Shown here: piece after piece, positions 52,046-62,010 of the stretch
How the letters are laid out: every line of letters starts with the position of its first letter
Numbering within the stretch: position 1 is the first letter of the stretch
Origin: Macrostomum lignano
Taxonomy: Eukaryota
Assembly (NCBI GenBank): GCA_002269645.1
Contig: NIVC01001412.1
Location: 1-64,000, forward strand
Length of the DNA stretch: 64,000 nt
Reading direction: 5' to 3'
Position numbers and translations under genes: made by a program
The notes under the pieces: generated by a model
Databases searched by the model: none
Seen by the model: only the letters and a program-made list of their open reading frames with translations
What the model was told of the DNA's origin: nothing

Positions 52046-54019
52046 GGTGGCCCTGATCTTCTCATCAGACAGTATACTCACTCAGGCTCTGCGCTTCACT
52101 GATTGCAGTCAGGAATCGAACCCGCGAGCTTCAGTGCGTGGGTGGTGTTGGACTCCGTGATGGGCTGAAGTTCGCATGAACTCAAACATTTCTATTTTAA
52201 TAAATTTATATTTTATTAACAGTTCCAAGTCCTTCGAGTCCTCCATCCGTGACCCGCGTGAATGCCCCACCCGCTGTGACCGGTAAGACTCAACAAGTCC
52301 AGGTGCATCCGCTCATCGGCAACCCGAACTCTGAGCAACTCTGTTTAATAATTGGGATCTGAATTCTGCACTACTTGGAAGTAGTGAATCTTGCTATTTT
52401 TATTCGATATGAATACGATTTCGATTTACAATTCACAAGGAAGCACTCATTCTTAATTTTCAATATAATAACTGTTCAGATTTTATCTTTGTAAGTTTTT
52501 AAGCTACATGTGTACTGTAGATTAAGATATGCATGCACCCCAGTCTTCTTATACTATAGCATTTTTCAAACGCCCGCATTGCGTGTTTTTGGTTGGTGAA
52601 AGCTTATGGTTTCGACCATAGACAATAAAAACCCTTTAGGTCTTCCCATCGAATACTTAGTTCCATGCTCGCACTCACTTTCTACTAGCTTGAAAAATGC
52701 TATACTATATGTTCATTGAGATCTACATTGTACCCATAACCTTCTTGAACTACCATGTGTACATTAAGTTGTACATTCTACCCCAGCCTTCTTAAGCTAC
52801 CATGTGTACATTAAGATGTACATTGTACCTTCCTGAACTACCTTGAGTACATTGTGTACTAAGTAAAAGACAGAAAATGTAAAAAATCTTGTTTCTGCTT
52901 TCATATTTATTAGGCAAATAAGCCGCAGCAGTGAGCGAAAGCTATGAAAAATGTAGAATTTCTATAAAACAGAGAATCTTCAGTTAATACAAAAACCAGA
53001 CACAACATCCGTAAAAAAGACATTAAAAGTGAAACGCGAACAGAAACTCAGCAGAAGTGAACAACCTGGTCTAATATCTAGCTAGCTGTGAGGCTGGAGA
53101 AGAGTGAAAGTATAAATTCTGTCTGTCATGCTGTGTGAAATGATTCGCAGGTGCAGCAGCAGGTTAGAGTTGGGGTCACCTTTTGGCACAGCGAGCTACC
53201 AGGTGCCGAATACAGAAGCTTTTTTTAAAAGTCATACTGGGGTTTTCGGTTCATGCAAAGCTCAATACTTCAGTTGTTGCAGTGTTAAATAAAATTAATT
53301 GTAGCAAAATCGGGAAAGAGAGGCAAGGCACAAAGCACTCATCGAACTCCAGTTAGTTACAAAAAAACAACAGAGTTTTGGTACGCTTTTAGGGGGTCTA
53401 AAAATAACCAAAAATGGAACAGAAGCTGTGGAAACTGATAAGTTCCTAGAAAGCAGCCCAAAATCGATGCACAATAAAAGTTTTAAAAAAGCAGCAAAAA
53501 ACAGAGACCATTGCGCCGCCTTGTGTGAATTGACAAAAGCAGAGTCAAGGCTGTCTAAGATCTGACCTTCTCCCTTAGTAGGTGGGGTTTGGAGGGGTCT
53601 GTGGGCTGGGTTTATTTTTTGGGCCATACAGGGTTATTTGGCCCCTTGAAAATCTCATTCGCAACTGGATTTTTGGCATCAAAGGCCAATCTGGCAACTT
53701 CATTTTCCTAGTGCCAGTTGCCCATTTAAAAAAATGATTTTTTAAGTGTAATTTTTGAGTTATGGGTACAAGGGATATTTATATTTATTAAAAATGGCTC
53801 AAAAACTAAGTTGCAAAATCAACAATGTCAATAACGAGTCCCAGACAGTCTTATTCCCGCAGTCATATAGTGCACACATGTTTAATGAGCCTTGGAAATA
53901 TCAATATCTATCCTCGAGAATTTGGCTAGTTGCCAATGGGCAACCAAAAATAAGCATTGGCAACTGGATTTTGAGCCCCAAGGGCCAGCTGGCAACTGGA
54001 CTTCCAACGTTAAAAACCC

Positions 54020-54325
54020 AGTCTGTGGGGGCTTTGAGGGGTTTGTGGGGGGTTTGAGGGGGTCTGTGGGGTTGGAGGGTCTGTGGGGGATTGGAGGGTC
54101 TGTGGGGTTAGAGGGTCTGTAGGGTTGGAGGGTCTGTGGGGTTGGAGGGTCTGTGGGGGGTTGGAGGGTCTGTGGGGTTGGAGGGTCTGTGGGGGGTTGG
54201 AGGGTCTGTGGGGGGTTGGAGGGTCTGTGGGGGTTGAAGGGTCTGTGGGGGTTGGAGGGTTTGTGGTGGGTTGGAGGGTCTGTGGGGTTGGAGAGTCTGT
54301 GGGGGTTGAGGGGTCTGTGGGGGTT
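54020..54325. repeat. G-rich 19-21-bp minisatellite GGAGGGTCTGTGGGG(G)nTT
   Basis: About 14 units about 200 bp downstream of the CFAP77 stop. Confidence 0.93.
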
Positions 54326-54531
54326 TATAGAGGTATTATTAAACATCTAGTAAGATCTTGAAGCTTTAAAAAGTGGCTGAGAAAGAACTCGCCACCCACG
54401 TATCTGAACCCATGAAGCCCCTTGACGTTCCAGCAGAGCAGCAAACCGAATGGTGAAAAAGCGGCAAAAATCTGGGGGGGGGAGGCACAAGCGAAAAGGA
54501 ACAGTCAGCAGGCAGCAGCCCCAGGGCAGCC

Positions 54532-54774
54532 CTACTTGGTGCTGGGAATGTGCAGCCCCAGCCCGCGCGGTCCCATGCGGTCGGTCCGCTCCGCTTCGTG
54601 CAGCTCGAAGGCCAGCGAGCGCTGCCTCTCAGAGCGGAACGTGTCCAGCCGCGACCGGGCGCTGCGCTCGAAGCGTGGCATCTTCCACAGCGAGGCGGAG
54701 GCGTGCTGCTCGGCTGGCAGCAGGTAGGACCGCAGCATGGAGGCCCGGGTCTCGTATGGCTGGCACATCAGCGG
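54532..54774 (-). CDS. CFAP77: CFAP77 (DUF4483 / C9orf171-like), exon 5 (terminal)
   Basis: Acceptor CCCGCAG|, phase 0. PLMCQPYETRASMLRSY...LWKMPRFERSARSRLDTFRSE matches the CFAP77 C-terminus (YETR.S.LR...LW.MP.F...LDTF). Stop TAG. Confidence 0.9.
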   Translation of the reverse strand, partial: PLMCQPYETRASMLRSYLLPAEQHASASLWKMPRFERSARSRLDTFRSERQRSLAFELHEAERTDRMGPRGLGLHIPSTK

Positions 54775-55649
54775 CTGCGGGCATCGGGGGGCGGAGGGGC
54801 GGCGACCGCGGTAATCAGGTCCGCGCGATTCGCTAAGGCACGGAGTAAGCACACGCCTGATAATGAGCACTCTCAGGGAGCGGTTCACCCCGTGTGTACG
54901 AGCCTCGTACGTGCTCGGGCAGGTAACACTGGAGACATATAACATGGAAGTGACGCTACTTTAAAAGTGCGTCCCTTGTGGACCAGCTCATGGCTGCGGG
55001 CTAGAGGAGGAGACGAAAGCAGAAGAAATAGAAGAGAGATAAGGAAAGAAGAGATGAGAGATGAGGATGGACATTCACCTCGGGGCCGTAGCCTGGTGAT
55101 GTGCCAGCGGCCCAAGGCTCGATTCCGAGTGCATTCGCATAAAATTGGGGCTAAATTGGTCGTGCAATTAACGCCATTCAGGGCGAAACCTCAAGGCACA
55201 GTGAAGTGTACATGCCTAACGATAAATAAAGTCAGGACCTCTGTACACCCCTGTGTGAGTGTGTGCCTGTGCGCATGACTGCCTCCGTATCCTCGCGCTT
55301 GTGTGCCTGCTCAGGGGAGTAATGCCCCTCTCCGATTGTGTGACAATGTCGCTTTTAAAGTGCGCCAGGACCTGTCTCTAATAAAAAATGGACTTAAATC
55401 TTTGATAAAGGCTTCGCGGGCTGGGGTTTGCCGACGGAGAAGCGTCACAGTCTGCTCAAAACTTAATTCAGCAATTAAATTGACGACGCTTTGTTCTGCG
55501 ACGCGTCATCGGTTTGAGACAGCATTCGGTAATTTGGTAAACACAGGTTTGCTTGAGCTCACAACAGCCATGGAGCTAGCGGTGTTAAAACGAGTTTTCC
55601 CATCGTAGAAAATTTTCCAAAGCACTGTTTTTCCCAGCTGCTTTCTTAC

Positions 55650-55755
55650 CTTCATGGGCGTGGCGGCCGCCCTGGCCTGGTTCCCGCTGACCTGATCCCG
55701 GATCCAGTCGTTTTGGAACTTGTAGGCGATCAGCTCGTGGATTGGCGTGGACGGC
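55650..55755 (-). CDS. CFAP77: CFAP77 exon 4
   Basis: Acceptor ACCGCAG| (phase 2) completes R of RPSTPIHELIAYKFQNDWIRDQ (family RPSTP..DL....Y...W). Donor AAG|GTAAGA. Confidence 0.9.
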
Positions 55756-55936
55756 CTGCGGTTCCGTGGGAGGGGGGGTTGGTAATGAGGGAAGCCGCAT
55801 CTGCGTACCTGGGTGGACTGTCTACACTTGCGTCCATGGAATTGATCATGGGCATATCCTAAATGCTTTACCTGTTCCTCACTCTCCTCTTTCCTATTCC
55901 TAACTCCCCTCTCACCTGTTTCCAACTCCCTCTCAC

Positions 55937-56195
55937 CTGTTCCCAACTCCGTGCGCGGCATCCACAGGCGGGCGGCTGGTGGCAGCCCCAGTGCCGGAGG
56001 CGCGGCGGTCCCGCTCGGGCTGCTTCCGGTAGTCGTGCATCGCCCGGAAGTCGCGGTTCTCCCGCATGGTGGCGTAGCCGCTGCGGGCGGCGTCCCGGTT
56101 GAGCGACACGAAGTCCTTGGGCTGCTGCTTGGGGCGGCTTAGCAGCGATGAGGAGCCCGCGTTGGCTGCCACGGGAGCGTCGGTCCAAGAGAAGG
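55937..56195 (-). CDS. CFAP77: CFAP77 exon 3
   Basis: Acceptor CAACCAG| (phase 1). KDFVSLNRDAARSGYATMRENRDFRAMHDYR matches the DUF4483 core (DF..MNR.A.K.G..T..E...YR..ND.R). Donor AACAG|GTGAGA. Confidence 0.9.
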
Positions 56196-56283
56196 CTGGT
56201 TGACGGGTTTAGAGGGTTTGCAATGTTACCAAATTGTTATTAAACACTCCTTATAGTTTTGATTTGACTTGTTATTGACGTAC

Positions 56284-56380
56284 CTTTCGGCAGTGCAGTG
56301 TGGTCCCTAGTGGTGCTGATGCCCATGGTCATGTTTGGCGGGAAATGATGGCAGTGGGTCTTTGCCCTGGCAAGCTGAGA
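56284..56380 (-). CDS. CFAP77: CFAP77 exon 2
   Basis: Acceptor TTTTTTAG| (an alternative in-frame AG lies 6 nt downstream). SQLARAKTHCHHFPPNMTMGISTTRDHTALPK. Phase-1 donor G|GTACGT joins exon 3 as Ala. Confidence 0.78.
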
Positions 56381-58795
56381 CTAAAAAATTGATTGTGAAA
56401 TTAACAATGTAAATCCTGGATAAAACATCAAATGCTTATAGATGTCGTAGGCCTTTTGCCTCTGTCTATTTAGATTCTAATGATGCCACCAAAGTTGTAC
56501 TAGGATTTTACTTCCGTACTAATAATTTTGCTATTTCTTAGAATATCATGTATAATTCTGGTAGCGTCTTATGTATGGCCTGAGCGGTCTAGTACTGGTA
56601 AATGAACTTTAATAATGAGTCCTAATCGGGAGTTCGCCGAGATTAGAGGATCACAGCACGACTCTTTAGTATTCCCTTGAATAATCTTACTCTTAGCAAT
56701 TTCCTTTCTTAGAATCCCACTTCCCAAATGAATAAGTCGAACACTTTCAAGTCTTTCCTAAAGTTTCTGAGTAATAATATTGAACCACTATTAAAGGCTT
56801 TTCGCTCTTAAACGGGTTAGCTTTATTTGAGACAAAATCGCTCGTATATAGTATGATTTTCCTTAGCACATTAAAACAAAAAATAATTCGCCAATTTATT
56901 CGTACAGTATAACAAAATATTTCTAAGTTTTAGCGTTTCGCACGAATTTAATTTCTAGAAGACGAGTAATATTATAAGCGCTGCCTCATAGAGAATTGAC
57001 ATAAAACTGATGACTTGCTCGTTCAATTTGTTATAACGATGTTACTTTTGGAATTTAGGCCTTGAAGCTCGGAACTATTTGTAGCGAAACATCTACGCTG
57101 AAAAAATTTCTAATGATTGTGTCAGTGTTATTTTTGTAGTAATTGAAACCTATTTTTTGTTGTTCATTATTGCCTTAAAATCATTCTTAGCCTTATTCAT
57201 TAGTTGCCTCAATATATTTTTTGTTCATTTTCAACGTAAAATCACTATTTTTGCTATCATTATTTCAGACTCATTAAAAAGTAAGTATAAATAAATCAGT
57301 AACTCCTTTTAGTACCGTAAGTTTGCTATTATTTCTCTCTTTGATATAGTTTTGTTTAAATTTGTCCACCATATTTACTAGGATTCATATATATACGAGT
57401 AAAAAATACGCGGTAAAGGAAGCAACTTCTTCTTCTGCTCTTGCATTATTCTTGATTGCATAGCGCTTCCAGCTAAAATTGTTAGTCTGGATGATGAACA
57501 GTTTGTTCTACAAATCGAATTGATTCAGCTTTCAGTCTTCCTTTCTTTCCCCAATAACCCCTTGTCCCCTTGAAGCGCGGACCATTTCTCCCTTCACCAC
57601 GAGCATTCCCCTTTAGAGGACTGTACCCCCTCGACCTCTTTCCCCCAGTAGAGTGTACATTCAAGCCCATTCCCCCTTTTTCCTTATTATGCACAGGTTC
57701 CCATTGCGTGTTCCTGATGGCTTGCCCCAAGTCTTAGACGATCCCTTTCCCTTCTACTTATTCCCCATTAGGCATATCCTTTATCTAATGTCAGCATTCC
57801 CTATTAGGTTCTGAAATTCCCCATTAGTGTGTTCTCCAGGCAACTCCGATCCATCGCGTGCCCTCACTTGGACTAGCTTTAATAATTATAAATAGACAGT
57901 GTCTTGCCGCTTGGACACTTCCACGCTCCAGGAGTTATAATAAGCATACTCCTTCTAGTAGTAGAATTTGCGTATTTTTCTTCAAACCCCAAGAAATCCC
58001 CAAAAATCCCCTGTAATAATTTGATAAAGCAAGGTTAGTAATTTCAAGTCCCATAATAAATTATTGACAACTGGTAGGATCAAAATATAAATAAACACCC
58101 CTACGACAGTTTTGGTAGCTAAGCGGTAGGATCAAGCCATCGTAAATAGAAAAACCCCTATAACATGATATTCATATTTAAGTGAAAAATTTCCTGTTTT
58201 ACTATAATTTATATAGACACTTAGTCTAAGTGGAGCAGAAATATAATATTATTTTTGAATGTTTGCAAAAATAAAACACTTTTTGCCCCTTTATTTGTAA
58301 TAAAAATGGTCTGTAAATATTTCCATTGCAATCAGACAATTGTAATTTTAAAAATTCACCAAAAGTTGAGTGGTCGCTTTTGGATATAAGAAGGTTCCAG
58401 AAAATTAAAAAATAAAAGTATTTACTATGATATTTTTTCAATAAAAATAGATTCACACCTGAAAACTGCTTTCTATTCTTTCTTAAACAGAGTAATTAAA
58501 TTTATTGATGAGGTATGCAGATGCAGCATACACATAGTTTTTTTTCATATTTTATAATTATGACAGACACAGCAAATAATTTTTTTGATGGCAACCATGA
58601 AAATCTAATATAAGAATAGCTTTCAAAAGTATTTTTGCTAGCGAAATAAAAATAAAAACTCAAAGCTGTCAAGGCTAAAACCAGGTCAAACCAGTTTCAA
58701 CAGTAGATAAACAAGTAAATTTACACTAGATATTGAATTGACGGCCAGTGGCTCGCTACTATAGTACAGTACAGCATTTGCTCGTAAAGTCTTAC

Positions 58796-58888
58796 TCTTT
58801 GATGTATCTCATTTTCCAGCATTGTCGGACGCTTATCGCCTAATACACCTGTCGCAGTATAGGTGTATCTGTCCACTGCCGCCGCCAT
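58796..58888 (-). CDS. CFAP77: CFAP77 exon 1 (start)
   Basis: ATG at 58888. MAAAVDRYTYTATGVLGDKRPTMLENEIHQR resembles the CFAP77 N-terminal LG..R..M..N motif. Phase-0 donor AGA|GTAAGA. The five exons total 798 nt = 265 aa plus stop. Confidence 0.75.
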
Positions 58889-59852
58889 TCTCTATGCAAA
58901 CGTGTTTAAAGGAGAAATAATGTCAGGCACAAAAAAGTAAAGGCAGAAAAAGTAGGCTTTTAATTATTCTGGAATCACAGACAGAGACGAAATGTTGAAT
59001 TCTCGAGAAAAAATATTCCTTGGCAATTAACTGTTGCACACATAATAAAGCCTTTAATACAATATTAAGTACTAAAAAAGCCCATTTTTAGTAGAAAACT
59101 TACATTTTTAAGCAAACGCATTAATGAGCTACCGACGTACTAGACTTTGTTTTAGTCGTAGATAAAATACATAACCCGGCATTAAGTTAATTCGAAGAGC
59201 CACATGTTAACACTATATGCATTGAGTATTGATTCATTAGACATCGATTTGCTTTGCAGGACCCTAGTAGTTGTAATTAATAATAAATTACTATACTAAC
59301 ATTTGCATGTAGACTTGAATATCAATGTTAATATAGATGTACATACGGAAGTAGTACTAGTATAGTATAGATGATCAGTTGTCCAAACATGCATACACTA
59401 CACATGTATTAAAAGCAGTTACTGTGTGGTTTAGAAAAATACTTGAGTACCTTGAAACTTTTAAATCATTTAATTCAGTAGCTACATGCAGCCTTCTCGT
59501 TTCTGGAGGAGTTTATTCAAATGTAAAATTGTATGCATATAAGCGGCGTATAGCATTCTGTGGATAATCATTTTACCCGGTGAAGCAATTGCATCTCCAC
59601 CTACAATTCACAACTCGTATCTGCCAACTGAGCAGGCGCAGATACAGAAATTTTTCGATTGATGGCACGCAACCCTCACCATATGGAATAAAATAAGAGG
59701 ACCCTTTCGCTCAGTAGCGCATCCGAAAATTTCTTAGGGGCTGGGGGGCGGCGCGCGTTAATTGTTGTTGAAAAAATAAACAAAAAACAAAAAATCTATC
59801 TATCAGGTCTAAAATTTTTTCCCTTCCACCCGCACCCAAGCTGCTAGTTTAT

Positions 59853-60748
59853 TGTTAGGCGTCGCCCTTTTGTCAGCAGTGGCCCCTGCTCTCGCCCCCC
59901 TTTTGGGTTGCTGTCTGCCGCTGGTCAGCTTCCCGCTCCCTTGTCTGTCTGCTCCTGTCCCTTTTGCGCTCCCTCTGCGTCTCTGTTCTCAGCCCTCAGC
60001 TTCTCTGCTGTAGGCTGTCTTTGTTTCGTTCCCGTCCCGTTTTCCTCTGTCATGTGAATCTTGCGTTCTTGGAGTCTTAAAGTGCAGTAAACATGCTTAC
60101 CGCACTCGCTGGCCCTGTTTACCGGGAGAGTCACGTGCTTTTGGTCCCCCTTCTCTAAGGAGAGGAGTGACTCATGTTGCTAAAAATAGCAACTGAGTCA
60201 CAGCCATGTGCACTCTGCCGGGGGACCCTCAAGTGACGTCAGTTCTAAAAATAGAACAAGTCACGAGGTCTTGTGCGCGGGTGTTTTCCGGCTATAAATA
60301 GGACCCCTCTCTCCCTTGTTTCCGTCAAGGAGCTTCTAGTTTTCTGACTTAGTCTGTTGTTCCTCGAGTTCTAAGTTCCTGAGGTCCCAAGACTGAGTGT
60401 CCGACCGTCTGTGTGCGTTAATTTTTCTTCTATTGGTCTGCCTGAGACTCTACTAGAAGCAAACCCCAAGCCTACGAGAGGCTAACTCAGCCCTCCCATC
60501 CACCAACCAAGCCCGGCAGATGCTGCTGACGAGACGCCTTGTACGTTGAACTGCAAATCTGCACCCGGTGCTGAGTTCGTTGACTTCGTTATTTCGTTCC
60601 GACGGGAAGCTCACCTCACCGAAGGCCGAGACCTGAAGGAACTGGTGGCAGCACTACCTGCCTGGTGGCAGCGCTACTGAGAGTTAAGAAAGCTTCCGAG
60701 TAAGAAGACGGAGAGCCCAAATCACTGTGCTAGACAGCAGGAGAACCA
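59853..60748 (+). repeat. Putative 5' LTR of the Gypsy element
   Basis: TATAAAT at 60293-60299. Ends in CA (60747-60748) one nt before a PBS-like TGG. The start is uncertain because the 3' LTR is outside the window. Confidence 0.5.
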
Positions 60749-60749
60749 C

Positions 60750-60769
60750 TGGTGACGCAGCGGTGAGAT
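60750..60769 (+). promoter_or_regulatory. Primer-binding site, tRNA-Leu-like
   Basis: TGGTG(AC)GCAGCGGTGAGAT versus TGGTGGCAGCGGTGGGAT, the complement of the eukaryotic tRNA-Leu(AAG/TAG) 3' end (2-nt insertion, 1 mismatch). Confidence 0.5.
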
Positions 60770-60837
60770 CCGACTTCGACACACCCAAGCCAACCGCTCT
60801 TTCGTGAACGACTTCGGCCAGCGACTACGAGTTCAAC

Positions 60838-62010
60838 ATGTTCAACGAGCGAGACGAGAGCCGGTGCAGCAGCCGGCTGGATCAGCACATCAGCAGTTTG
60901 AGGCCTGCGGCAGCAGACGCCGCAGCAGCAGCAGCGATCAACGACTTTGGTCAGCAGCCGACGCCGAGGCGAAGTGCCAGAAGCGACGTGTCCGACGACC
61001 CGCCAGACGAGCTTCTGCAAGGCCTGGACAACATCGGCCGGAACATCACGCACCAGGACGTGAGGACCATGATGGCAGCTCTGCAGTAGCAGATGGAGCG
61101 GCTTGTGAGTAGACAAGTTAAAATTGTTAAATTTACTCCAAGTCAGGACATTCATGTCTGGCTTGCCGCGTTCGAGCAGCGTTGCGAGATAGAGCGCATC
61201 GTCGACCCGCTCGAGATGAAGTAACATCTCATCGCGAGTCTTGATTTGGCTACTGTGTATCATTCCTTACTTGGTATGAATCTTCCACGTTTCGCCAGCT
61301 ATGAAGAGGTTAAGCAGCGTCTGATTGAGCGATTTGCCCGTCATGGTGGTGCTGATGAGTATCGAGAACTGTTGAGGCGTCGTCAACAAGGCAAGAATGA
61401 GTCAGCAGAAGAGTTTGCTGACGCCCTGAGAACTCTTGGTGAACGTGCGTATCCTCGAATGCATCCTGAAGACCGCGAGAAGGAGATTGCTGATCAATTT
61501 CTTGCTGGTATCCGGACGACTCCAGACCTGCGCGAACGGCTGTACTGGGTTCGCCCGAACAATCTTCTTGCTGCGATTCGAGAACTACGACGACTAGAAG
61601 GCGCCAAAGAATTGGCGCAGCGATCCGCTCAACCCCCGGTTAGGATGTTGGACGGGGAGCAGGACGGCGACCCGAAGCCCGACGTCACCGCCCAAGCCTT
61701 GCTAACTTTAACCGACTTGATCGAGAGGCAGCAGCGACTGCTTGATCACCTGGTGCAGCGTGACCAACAGCAGAAGAACAGCCCGCCGGCGAAGACTACA
61801 ATCTGCTACGGCTGCGGACAGCCCGGTCACCGCAGTGCCCAGTGCCCGATGCGCCAGAACCAGAGAAACGGCCAGGCGGAGAGCGACAACGGCACCGCCC
61901 TCCGCGAGGTCCAAGCCCAGGCTACTTGGCAGACTCCGAGAGGTCACCAGAAGAAGAGGATGTCGGCTGTGCAGGCGCCAATGCCCAGTCCGACAGTCGC
62001 TCGTCAGTAA
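60838..62010 (+). pseudogene. gag: Gypsy gag with two in-frame stops
   Basis: One frame throughout; TAG 61087-61089 and TAA 61222-61224 interrupt it. Retrotrans_gag-like RQQGKNESAEEFADALRTL; zinc knuckle CYGCGQPGHRSAQC. Confidence 0.88.

Noticed and set aside
52105-52125. GGTTCGATTCC B-box on the - strand (tRNA or SINE)
   Set aside because: No A-box at suitable spacing and no acceptor stem.
56400-58700. AT/TA-rich CFAP77 intron 1 as a decayed transposase or hypermutated repeat
   Set aside because: In the frames translated, stops occur at about random frequency; apparent pogo-like words are too weak to call.
59712-59750. CAGTAGCGCATCCGAAAATTTCTTAGGGG resembling a common MITE terminus
   Set aside because: No partner inverted terminus inside the window.
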